Below the pieces are notes generated by a model. The model had not been told where the DNA came from. It saw only the letters and a list, made by a program, of their open reading frames with translations, and ran no database searches. Position numbers and translations under genes: made by a program. This document shows, piece after piece, positions 12,439 to 23,713 of a stretch of DNA of 64,000 bases (the first letter of the stretch is position 1; every line of letters starts with the position of its first letter). This DNA comes from Craspedostauros australis (Eukaryota). The DNA lies in contig JALAGF010003802.1 of assembly GCA_030167865.1 (NCBI GenBank), positions 1 to 64,000 on the forward strand. The letters run 5' to 3'.

Positions 12439-13208
12439 TGTGCAGAGTATAGTATTGTGGTAAGTAGAGTAGAGTAGAGTATAAGACTTTGACAGAGACT
12501 GGGTTGGTAAGGGAACGTGTCAATCAATTGATTTTTGTGCTTTGTTGGTGTGGAAGTACATGCGTATCTCGTTGTGGTGGTTGCGAACACTCCACCCCAC
12601 CCTCTTTTGATCGGCTTTTGATGTGTTGGTGGTGGTGGTGATGTGACTGTTTTCTTCTTTTGGCTTCTGAGATCTTTCGTCTCCAGCTTTCGCCGCAAAC
12701 GATTGATCCGATCAATCTTGCTGTCAGAGCAAAAGTTCCGCGTGGAGAAAATTGAGTTTGTGGAGCGGCGATGTTGTTCAGATAACACTTTAGTTATCTC
12801 GTAATATATCCTTATATTTAGAATGTTGTAGACTCCAATCAAATATAGAATATCTGTGTCGCATCACAATCGTGTCATGTCACGAGTTGCTTCTTCACTC
12901 TTTGTTCCACATTTGCGTGTTTGTGTCAGAGTTTGTTTCGGTTGTTCCGCGAAATGTACGCGTTGCGGCAACAACAAGGAAGGGAAGAACATCAACCAGC
13001 ATTCGGTGACAACCCGAATCGCCATGTGCACACAGAAGGAGGGGATGAGATAGGTCGCACGAGTTGCTGAGGGAGAGCCGCCAGAATCGAGGAACGGAAC
13101 TCACTATCGACCACTGTGCCACAATCCATCACACCATCAATCACAATCCATCAATCAAGTACCATCATCATAAAGAAGCCATTATACCACCAACCAACCA
13201 ACGCAGAC

Positions 13209-14774
13209 ATGGATGCGTCACCGATGGAGACGTCAACCCCGAGCAATAGCAACAGCAATAGCAATAGCAACATCGATGCCAACAGCGATGCAGCTGGGAT
13301 GCCTCCGGCCACATTGGCGCCGATGCATGTCCTGGAGTCTCCCGTGAAGTCAATCGGTCAAGGCTCCAACCAGCTGCAGTACACTTCGGGCTCACCAGCA
13401 TGGCAATGCAACTTCTCGAGGGATGGAATGTACCTTGCCGTGTGCTTCGGTGCTCCGGACCCATGCGTCCGCGTCTGGAAGTACGAGCCTCCATCGACAG
13501 CCACTTCTGCATCAAAAACGAAAACGCCAGCCGAAGCCAAGACCGATGATCACGGAAGCATCTCTGCGAATGGCACCTGGACGCTGACGAGCACATTGGA
13601 AGGCGTGCACACTCGCACCATCCGCAGCGTGGCTTTTGCTCCGGTCCAGTCGCCGCTTGTGCTGGCCATGGCATCCTTCGACGCCACCGTATCAATTTGG
13701 GAGACGGATCCTCGTCGTGCAAAAGCGGATGGTCGTGATACAATGGAATGGGACTGCACGACGCAACTGGAGGGACATGATAACGAAGTCAAATGCGTGG
13801 TATGGAACTCCATAGGGTCGTTGCTGGCCACGTGCGGACGGGACAAGTCCGTGTGGATTTGGGAGTGCTTCCTGCCGGGCGTCGTTGGTTCGACCGCCTC
13901 GGACACTGGTGACTTTGAGTGCCTTGCAGTTCTGAATGGACACGAGGCCGATGTCAAGAGCGTCAAATTCGCATCATCGCATGGCCAATGGGGTGACGGC
14001 GAGGAGATTTGCCTCAGCTCGGCCTACGACGACACCATCAAGGTCTGGGCGGAAGATGCCGGCGATTGGTACTGTGCCTTGTCCATCGACAATGTGCACA
14101 CCGACACGATATGGACACTGGCCGTGTCGCCTGGCAGCGGCAGGGTTGTGTCAGGGTCGTCAGATGGAAGCATCGCTATTTACAAGAGCTACACTCGGCA
14201 GGAAAAGAAAGAGCTGTTCCCGGAGGAGCGAAATGGGAGGTACGCTCCGATCTATTACATCTGATTGCCTGTTGTTTTGGGTGCCTGAGGGCTTGATTAT
14301 CTTACTCTTGGACTGTTGCATTCCGGAGGTGGTTGGTCAATAGCCCGACTACGAGTACGTCACGCGAGTACGTCATGCACATGGCTCTGCGATATTCTCA
14401 CACACACATCACCACCATGGTGTGCTTCGCTTCTCGACGCTTTCCCATCATACTTCGTATTCCACAGCACCGGACACTGGCACTGTGTGGGGCGTTTGCC
14501 AGATGCGCACTCTGCGGAAGTGTACACACTCGATTGTGCCCCGTCAAGAGCTGGGCACGGAAGGATAGCATCCGGCGGCGGCGACAATCGCATCCAGATC
14601 TACAGGGAGGATATGGGAAGCACATCCGACGAACCGAAGTTTGCGCTGGACACAGTAGTCAGCACTTCGCATGGCGATGTCAATTGCGTTTGTTGGCATC
14701 CGTGGGATGGGTCTGTCCTGTGCTCCGCAGGAGATGATGGAAAGGTGCAGCTATGGAGTTACCAGCAGTCATGA
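13209..14774 (+). CDS. CIA1: Cytosolic Fe-S assembly WD40 protein CIA1/CIAO1; exons 13209-14239, 14468-14774
   Basis: Characteristic HTRTIRSVAF, ASFDATVSIW, LEGHDNEVKCV, LATCGRDKSVWIWE, YDDTIKVW.ED..DW, HGDVNCVCW and SAGDDG motifs; a phase-2 GT-AG intron restores the frame. Confidence 0.93.
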
Positions 14775-14825
14775 TCACAGAGACTGGCGATGTTTGTGCG
14801 CACCCATTCTTTGTCTCTCTTTCTC

Positions 14826-14850
14826 GAGAGAGAGAGAGAGAGAGAGAGAG
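14826..14850. repeat. (GA)12 microsatellite
   Basis: Direct reading. Confidence 0.9.
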
Positions 14851-15121
14851 CACATATGGTACGGCATATCCGTAGTCTCTCATACCTTACTCGTAATTCA
14901 ATTCAATGCAATGGAGTTTCGAAGTCTCGTCCTCGTTCTTTCTTCATGCAAGCACGGGGTATCTCCCTACAGCGCTCTATGAATTTCCTGTTCTTACTCC
15001 CCTTTTCACTGATCGATTGCTTGGTTGGTTCATTCACGCATTGGTGTATTCATTCACTCATCGGTTGCTCTATTCCAAGCTGGAGCACTCTATCATACGT
15101 TGCCACCTGTTGCTCCAAGTG

Positions 15122-16114
15122 TCACGAATACCGCACCTGCAACTCCTCCAGATCACAGAGCCACAGATTGCCTTGCCTCCCTGGACCATCTAGCATCGGT
15201 GACCATGCCAGTGTATCGTCGCAGAGCAGCATCCGCATCTCTTGAAGAAAGACCTCGCGCTGTGCACGATCCGATTGCGCAAACACCCACACCTTCGGCC
15301 GGTCTCCATGCTTGTCCGATTTCGCACCCTCCTGCGAATTTTGTTGCTGGGATAGCAGATGTGCCGTGATCCTCGCCGCACCTGTCGCAACCGCATGATT
15401 CTCAAAGACATCCGACAGAACGAACAGATCCACCGTGTCGCACCACTCCTGCGTGTTCGTCACAAATTCATCCACCTCCCACGTCAGATCGACGCGGCGC
15501 GTCTGCACAATGAGCCGTTGATCCTGCGCTGCGCGTTGCACCAACCGCAAACAGAATGCATCCAGATCGGTCGCAATCACCGCCGCATGTCCCAGCCTTG
15601 CCGATGCGATGCTGGGAAGTCCAGGTCCGCAACCCAGCTCGCAGATCGTCCAGGCGCGGTCGGCATAGCGTTCGATGCTTTCTGCCGCGACGCGAGCCGA
15701 CGGCCACACCTGCGTTGCCAGGAAGTTGGTGGCACTGGGCAGATCCATGATGGAAGATACCGCGTAGCAGAACGGCGTCTGATCTGGTTCGACGACGAGG
15801 TTTGGCTGGTCGCTTGATTCCTGCCTTGCTTCTGATAGTGTTGGTTCACCGTCCCGATGATTGCTCTCAATCCCTGCATCGTCATGTGGAAGGATGAATG
15901 AGAATGGGACCTTGTGTATCGGAATCTCATCAATTTGAAGTGTACCTCCATTCTTGGCTTTCCGCTTGACACGTGATCGGGGCCGCAGCCATTGCCATCG
16001 TTGATGATAGTACTGCTGCTGCATCAGAGCATCAGCAACGTGTATGTATGGTTCGACGCATGTCCAAACCAGACCAACGCACCCAAATGTCTGGTGATAT
16101 CTTAACAATCGCAT
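15122..16114 (-). CDS. SAM-dependent methyltransferase, family 16 (protein-lysine MTase-like); start uncertain
   Basis: QVWPSA, ICELGCGPGLPS, VIATD and LSDVFE motifs. Confidence 0.85.
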   Translation of the reverse strand: MRLLRYHQTFGCVGLVWTCVEPYIHVADALMQQQYYHQRWQWLRPRSRVKRKAKNGGTLQIDEIPIHKVPFSFILPHDDAGIESNHRDGEPTLSEARQESSDQPNLVVEPDQTPFCYAVSSIMDLPSATNFLATQVWPSARVAAESIERYADRAWTICELGCGPGLPSIASARLGHAAVIATDLDAFCLRLVQRAAQDQRLIVQTRRVDLTWEVDEFVTNTQEWCDTVDLFVLSDVFENHAVATGAARITAHLLSQQQNSQEGAKSDKHGDRPKVWVFAQSDRAQREVFLQEMRMLLCDDTLAWSPMLDGPGRQGNLWLCDLEELQVRYS

Positions 16115-16484
16115 GGGAGAATGGCGCTCTGGAACTGGGTACTGGTGCTGATGTCCATAGAGGTATTATAATGTATTGGGTGCCAAATGTGAGCACTCCG
16201 GTCTCTTCGTTTGTGGACATCTGTTCGCGTGACACCTGTGACAATCACCAAGGATGGCAACGACCATCAAAAGATTTCGCGCCTTTTTCATTCGTTTTTC
16301 GGTTTGCTTGATGCACGCAATTTTGGGATAATACAATATTACCCATAACTCCTATTGTACATCTTTGATTCTCTTTGCTTGTCGTGTTTCAGCTTATTTT
16401 GTTTGGTTGATAGGCTTGTCCCAGTAGTCTAGATGAACGATACTCACACAAACCAACGAGGAGTTCGTTTCTTCGTGGTACCAG

Positions 16485-16516
<32 letters not shown>

Positions 16517-16517
16517 C
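16485..16517. repeat. (AAC)11 microsatellite
   Basis: Direct reading. Confidence 0.9.
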
Positions 16518-17027
16518 CACGATACAGTGAAGATTTCGCCCAACGGGCAATTGCTGTCCTCGTGATGTTGCCTCCTCTGTGTTGTTTTCAGCACAGAGAT
16601 GGAGAGCATTCATCGAGACAGGGGAGCGATTGTGCAACAGATGCCATTGCTTCGAATACCAATACTTGCAGAATAGTCGTTGACCATTCATTGGAAGGAA
16701 CATCTCCGACGTGCGCCTGTACTTACACTCATTCTTGCACTTGCAACTATCAACACACAAGAAGACGAAGCAAACGCAAGCACGGAATGCAGGAATAGAG
16801 CAGCTCGCAGGATACAACTAGAGATCAGCAGAACGACGCCGAAAGGGGAAGCATTGCGCAACAACGAGCAGAGAGAGAGAGAGAGAGGGACAAAGAAAGA
16901 AACAACAAGCAAAGGAGGAAGCCTGGATCAAGCAACATTTGCAGGCGACGATATCGACAAGGACATCGATAAGAAGAACCACGGCGACCTCCACAAAAGA
17001 TTCCAGCGCAACGCAGCCGTCCTCGCC

Positions 17028-20000
17028 ATGTCCGGAGGAGAATGTGCTGCAGAAGTTGTGCACGTGACGGAAGAACTGCACCCGCTGGAATTGGAAGGAC
17101 CGCAGGCGCTTGCGGAATTCGTGGGTGGAGCCCAGCAGGGTGAGGCGTTCGCAGTTGCAGATGTGAGCGGCCATGACGACTACTATGATGAGACGTACGC
17201 AACGCACAGCGGTGACATGTATGCAGCCCAAAATGGAGGCGATGTAATGGTAGCCGCCGTGGCAGAGCCGGACTTTGTGGATGGACCAGATTCTGTCCAC
17301 GTCGCCCAGCTGTCTCAGTCCGACCGCAGTCACAACTACAACGACTACAGCAACGACCACAACAACAGCAGCTACAACAACAGCGGCTACAACAACGCTA
17401 GCAGCAGCAGCATTGCGGCATTCCATGATGATGCGCCAGCTGAGATCGTGAGCATTAGCGAGGAATACCACCCATCAGCATCCACCAACGACGAAGCCCA
17501 GGCTGAATTCATTGGTACGGATGACAACATGCACCATGTTGGCGGTGTGGCGTATGCTGAAGACCACCAGACGATTGAATCACAAGCTGTGGCTTGTGCT
17601 GCCGCTACTGATGATGTTGATCATGATGCTGCTTCAGACGGCGTCGTGCAGATTCCGCAGGACGCAGTCGGCGATAGTTGCGCCGAAGTGTTGAGCATAG
17701 ACGAGAACTATCATCCCGCAGAATCGACGGAGGGCGAGGCCACTGCGGAATTTCTTGGAACTGACACAGCGACAGCAGCTGCACATGTCGACGACTATGC
17801 CATGTTGGATGGCCAGATTGAAAGCTCAGCGGAAGCCGTCATCGAGTTGCCTGCGGAAGACACTTTCAACAACGACCATGCCCAAGTTGTGAGTATCAGC
17901 GAAGAATACCATCCCGCAGCATCGACGGAGGATGAGGCCACTGCAGAATTCGTCAGAACGGACGCAGCAGCTGCTGCACACGTTGACAATGTTGCCGTGT
18001 TGGATGATCACGTTGGAGGGTCGGCAGATGGTGTCGTCCAACTGCCAGCTGAAAGCACCTTCAACAATGACCATGCTCAGGTTGTGAGCATCAGCGAAGA
18101 GTACCACCCCGCGGCATCGACAGAGGGCGAAGCTCAGGCCGAGTTCATCGGCACGGATGGCGCGCACGTCGAAAGCTACGCGGTCCTTGACCATGCGCAG
18201 GTAAATGGTGATGATTACTACGTGGCTTCCCAAGCCGAAGCGGGCACAGCGACGGCAACCGCAACAGCAGCGGTGGCTGACACGAATGTACAGGTACAGT
18301 CTATCGGCGTCATGGCGGAGTATGACGAGTTCGGTTCCACCAGATCAGAACCCGCCATCGCTGTGGCGTCCACGTATGTGGATCAGCAGAATGAGACGAC
18401 GATAGAGGCAACTACCCTTTTTGTGGAGGAGGAGCAGCATTACGATGATGGCAATGACAATTATGTTGCGTCAGACGATCCGTACGACGTATCGAAACCA
18501 CCAAGTGCGGTCGCAATGCAAGCCGTGTCGAGAAATCAAAGCGCACCCGCGTCGATCGCGACAGAAGCCACCCGAGTCAACCGTGAGCAAAGAACTACAT
18601 CCAACGAGGCTAGCATGTCACACGATGAGCTCCTCGGGGCCGCTATCGAAGAGGAATGGATGGGACAGCCGGAAAGGCCCAGCAGCGATCGCGGTCCGAC
18701 CATAGCAAGCGACACTGCGGCACCCCCCATACCAGCCAGATCCACACCGGTCGTGAGTGTATCCACGAACAGTCGCGGTAGCAACCGAAGCGATGCCTCT
18801 CTCAGCGCATCCCAACGCAGCGTCGGCCTGCAAAACGTAAGTGTCTCAGCGTTGGCCAAACAACATCAAGCATGCATGTTCGCTTGAGTGCGCCCGCACC
18901 TGACAAGCTACCGAAGAAGGGGAAGAAGGAACAGCTGAAAAGGGACATCCTCGCAACAGAAACCAATTCATCGTGGATTGCGCGAATCACGTGGATTGCG
19001 CCAATGTCTTCACAAATCCAATCACGTGTTCCATTCCTCGATCAAAATAATCTTGCGTGGGAGCGAACATTGCTTTACTCTGCTCGGACTTTCACCCTCT
19101 ACTCGTAATGATCTTGCAACAACCTCACCCATCGTGTGCATACACGCATTCCCAATGCAAACCCATCATATCACACCGACCTGATCGACACAATTCCAGA
19201 TTTCATCCAACATCGCCCGAGGCACGAACAACATGATGGGAATGCTGTTCGGAGACACGTCGTCGAGCAGAACGACAGTTCCTGCAGGGTTCAATGAGAA
19301 TGCGATATCTGGTTCAATTTTGCCGAGGATGCTCCTTCCATCATCAGTCATACACAATCCCGGGAAGAAGAACCCATGGGTGGCAACAGTGAACACGAAC
19401 CAGAAGGCTCTGGACAACAAGAACGTGGAGGAGGGATCTCGTTCGTTACGCTCGTTTGCACTCCCGAGCAAGAAGCAGGCCGTGTGCTTGGCCAATGCAT
19501 GGGCACCACCCAGGATGCATCCATTCGAAAGCAACCCAAAATGTTTCATATGCGAAAGCCGCTTCGCTGTCTTCCGCCGTGCATGTCACTGTAGGAATTG
19601 CGGCGTCTGCATATGCTCCCAATGCTCCATCCAGTGGCCGTCGAAGATGCTTCCAGACACGTACAACATCAAACGGGAAGCCTTCGTCAACATCTGCAGC
19701 GCCTGCAACTGGCTTTGCAACTCGTTCCGGGTTGCGCTACTGGATGGCGATTTCGACAAGGCAGTTGCCCTGCATTCCACGGGAAATCTGAATCTAACAA
19801 CCCCGTTCGCGAATGTAAAGGGCGAACTGTTCTACCCCGTCCACTGCGCCGTGTACGGAGGCAATCTGAAGCTTCTCAAGTGGCTGGTCGACGAACACTG
19901 CTGCCCGCTGAGATCCATTCGCATCAGTGACGGACGCGAAGAGCGTTCCGGCATGTTCACGCCCATCCTCACGTCGAAGGGCAGATCGTTGCTGGGAATC

Positions 20001-20738
20001 GCCCTGAGCAACCGCAACATCGGGATGGTCCAGTACCTGGTGGTGCAAAAGAAGATGCTGCTGAACGCGGAAAAGAATCTATCGATCGACGTGCTGACGC
20101 AAAACTTGGATCTCGTCCTTCGCGTGCTGCCCGAAGAGGTGCTTGGCGAGCAAACGTTGGGCAGGGCAGATCAAGGCTATCAGAAGCCCCCACCGGCGTC
20201 GACCACCCCACCTCCCACACCACCGCAGAACGGAATAAATCGTGGGGTCAGCACGTCCACAACTGGAACGTACGATACATCCGCCGGCGACATCTCTGCC
20301 GTCGATCACCGTGGCCAGACTTGGTCAACAAATTCTGAGGATGATGTAAGTACGCTGATTGGCACCTCGTCGCCCAATTACGGGTAGGACGCATGGGCTG
20401 GTTGATCTGTGCTTGTTTACTCCACTTGCATGTCAAACGGCGTCCATCAACGGACATATCATGTGCACTCATTGGACACCTTGCTCTTTGCACCTCTCAC
20501 CTCATTTTCACGACATCCTCCCGTCTCATTTCTGTGCGTACGTATGTGTATGTTTTCAAACATTTCACGCATTCTCTGTCATCTCCACGCGCAGTGCATC
20601 ATCTGTTTCTCCAACAGAATCGATTGCGTGGTGACACCATGCGGTCACCAAATCTGCTGTTTGGAATGCAGCAACAACATCTCCAGGTGCCCCGTGTGTT
20701 CAGTCGAATGTTCCTTCATGCGAATCTTCAGACCATAG
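17028..20738 (+). CDS. FYVE-ankyrin-RING protein with an acidic N-terminal repeat region; exons 17028-18836, 19200-20345, 20595-20738
   Basis: FYVE-type CFICESRF..RRACHCRNCGVCICSQC..C..C, ankyrin-like YPVHCAVYGGNLKLLKWLV, and C3HC4 RING CIICF...PCGH..CC.EC...CPVC. Two phase-0 GT-AG introns join the ORFs. Confidence 0.85.
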
Positions 20739-21114
20739 AGGTGGGCTGTCCAGAATACGCGTACTTGGAAAAACTGTTCGAGCTGTTCCTGGATTACTTG
20801 TTGAGCCAGTCGGCAGTTGGATTTCATACGAGTATTCAGAGAATGAACGAGGTGGGTGCAGCAGCAAGATAACAATAGATGGCAGTCCTCGTAGAAAAGT
20901 GATTTTGGAATGGTTTATGTACTCTGTGTTCCAGTGTCCTGGCTCTGCATTCACTTCACCTTTTGGACCCCTATTGCGCGCATGCTCTCGAGAGCACCGA
21001 AGGTATGTGCCCATTGGAGTGCAAGTACTCTCAGCACTCGTACGTAACCTTGTGTTCATGTGCTCGTACAGGTCGCGTTGTTGTCTCTCAACTGCAATCG
21101 TCCCAACATCAATC

Positions 21115-22902
21115 TCAACAATGGACCATGCTCCGAGGATACAAGCAGAAGTCCATCATCATCAAGATGGTGCTTTCGTTGTCGATGTATTCGTCGATGC
21201 TCCATTCGTCCACGACGGTCTGTTCATCTTGAAGATCCTGAAGGCCATTGATCTCTGTTTCGAACATCTTGTGTGCGAGGACGATGCAGTCGTACAGGGC
21301 CTGCGATGAGTCAGTGTCATCGACGTCTTCCAACTCGCTGAATTGAACGCTGTAGGAGAATGCAGCTTGGCACGTCAATGGATTCATCCAGCCGTGGCGC
21401 GAGCAGATCGATTGGATATTTTCAAACCTGCGTCTCAGTGTCTTGTCCAGCAACTGCTGCGATGGACTTGTAGATATCGATGGTGTTATCCTGTCAGCAG
21501 TATCGTTGTCGCCTGCATCACCCGGATCGGAAACAAGGTCATCACTGTTCGCGTCACTGTCATCGCCCCCTTCGTCGGCTTCATCCTCGTCTTCGCATTC
21601 TTCGATGTCGTCATCATCGGCCTCCTCCTCTTCCGAGTCCTCATCGGATTCTCCTCCTTCAGCTCCCTCCCCATCAGAATCACTGCCGTTTCCATCTTCT
21701 TCGGCTTCCTCTTCCTCTTCTGAATGACTGCCATCTCTACCGTTTTCTGCTTCATCTTCTTCGTTCGCAGCCTCTCCCTCGCCATCCTCGCCGTCCTCAG
21801 CTTCCTCTTCGCTGCCACCTTCGCTGGCACTATCGCCATCTTCTCCATCGTTTTCATCGGGAAGGGCCTTGTCGATCCGTATCCGTGACGTTGCAGATTC
21901 TTCTGTGGCAGTGCTACCAACATCTTTAGTGAGACCGAACTTGGCAAAGAGCGGTGACTGTAATGCATCTGACGCGGTCCATCGCGTCTCCGCATCCTCC
22001 GACAACAGACCCCTCAGCAAGTCAGGAAAGGGTTGGCCTTCAGGTAGATTCCCAGTCTTGTCCAGGCATGCCGCGATTGCATCCTTGTCCTTCTCTGCAC
22101 TCAGACTTTTTCCCTCCAGCACTTCCAGCAATATCACACCCACGCTCCACATATCAGAGGGCAATCCGTACGGCTCCATGGCTACAACTTCGGGCGCGCG
22201 AAACGTCGGAGTGCCTGTCTCGCCCGTGTGCGTTGGCTGCCATGTCGATGCCTCTCCGCCAGCCAATGTACGAGTGCGAGTGCGTGTACGACTGCGAGTA
22301 CCGGCAGAGTGACTCTCCCTGCCTTGCTTGTCATTTCCAGTCGCACTTGCCATCCCAGGAACGTCGCTGTACCAGTCTGATGGATCCATCACCTTGGCCA
22401 AGCTGAAATCGATCAGAACGGGTCGGAATTGATCGTCCAGCACCACGTTGTCTGTCTTGAGATCCCGGTGGATGATGCCATTGTCGTGCAGGTACTCCAC
22501 GCCGCACAGAATCCCATGCGACACCGCTGCCTTCTGCCGTTTGCTCACTAAGGTTTGCAAGTTGCTAGACAGAGCACCGGTGTGAAAGAGCGGCATGGCG
22601 ATGCCGAGGTACCCGGCAGTTCCAGCGCCCACACGATCTTCCTCATCGAACTCGGTTTGAATGTCATGTATCGCGATGATGTTGGGATGGCCGTTGCTGC
22701 TGCGCAACAGACGGAGCATGGAGATTTCACGCAGCGCCTCGATCTCAATCCCATCGTTGTCCTCGCTCTCGTCCGTGCCGAACATCTTCAGCGCGAATTC
22801 GTCGCCATCGTCATTGTACACCGCCACCACTGCACCGAACGAACCCGATCCCAGGCTCTCTGCCCGATGGTAACATCCCAATGGCAATCTTCCTGATGAC
22901 AT
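21115..22902 (-). CDS. CDK-like Ser/Thr kinase with an acidic linker and a C-terminal cyclin-box-like domain
   Basis: GSGSFG, ALK, GIEIEALREISML (PSTAIRE-like), HRDLK, DFS, RAPE and DMWSVG motifs. C-terminal CIVLAHKMFE...ESTILMMMDFCLYP. Confidence 0.88.
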   Translation of the reverse strand: MSSGRLPLGCYHRAESLGSGSFGAVVAVYNDDGDEFALKMFGTDESEDNDGIEIEALREISMLRLLRSSNGHPNIIAIHDIQTEFDEEDRVGAGTAGYLGIAMPLFHTGALSSNLQTLVSKRQKAAVSHGILCGVEYLHDNGIIHRDLKTDNVVLDDQFRPVLIDFSLAKVMDPSDWYSDVPGMASATGNDKQGRESHSAGTRSRTRTRTRTLAGGEASTWQPTHTGETGTPTFRAPEVVAMEPYGLPSDMWSVGVILLEVLEGKSLSAEKDKDAIAACLDKTGNLPEGQPFPDLLRGLLSEDAETRWTASDALQSPLFAKFGLTKDVGSTATEESATSRIRIDKALPDENDGEDGDSASEGGSEEEAEDGEDGEGEAANEEDEAENGRDGSHSEEEEEAEEDGNGSDSDGEGAEGGESDEDSEEEEADDDDIEECEDEDEADEGGDDSDANSDDLVSDPGDAGDNDTADRITPSISTSPSQQLLDKTLRRRFENIQSICSRHGWMNPLTCQAAFSYSVQFSELEDVDDTDSSQALYDCIVLAHKMFETEINGLQDLQDEQTVVDEWSIDEYIDNESTILMMMDFCLYPRSMVHC

Positions 22903-23713
22903 TGTGGTGAGTGCTACTCCTATGGTACTATACGTACAATTCTGCACTCGTAGAGTAGACGGAAGGATGGTACGATTCAGTCGGCACAAGGATGTTCGAT
23001 TGGGGCTGCCGCTCTGCACGCTCGCGCGATGCTTCATCACAACACCAATGCGAGCGTCCACACGATTTGGCACATGCCCTCGATGGTGTTTGTGCACGCT
23101 TCGCTTCTGTGGCGTGTTGGCTTTCGCTGGCTGTTCACAATCCGATCGACCGTTAAGGCGTTAATGTTTGAAACTTTGAAACTGACACGCATTCGCCTGT
23201 TTCATCACGACAAGGCAATAAAATCTGCATTGTCGACTACTCTACTATTCCATTAGCGTGATACTCTCCCCGACTCTACCATCATAACTGAGCAAACTTC
23301 CCACATATCATGCCATGTCTTGATCAAACACAATTATAATTATGAACTGTTGTCGTTGTACATGCCGTACGCACGTAATTGTTGTCTGTGGGACAAACGA
23401 GTGGAGTATCTTGATTGCTGACACTTTTCTCACACGTTGTCTCTGTTCGCTTGTGGTCCAGCTGCACTGTCAAAGGCGACGGCCTCGCTGGTCTAACTCC
23501 GCCTTTCCAACTGCGCTCTTCATCATCTGGACATCGTTGCATTATACATATTGGTACTCAAATGGAGCGTGGTGTACCAACCCACACCGTCATGGTAGCC
23601 TATTGGTGTCGTGTTCTCCATGATTGAATGAGCGTGCGTCCTAATCCGACGCTGGGACTTCCACCATTCCCCCCTTTCCCATCATTATCGTCACCATTCT
23701 CTCCTGGTCTTGT

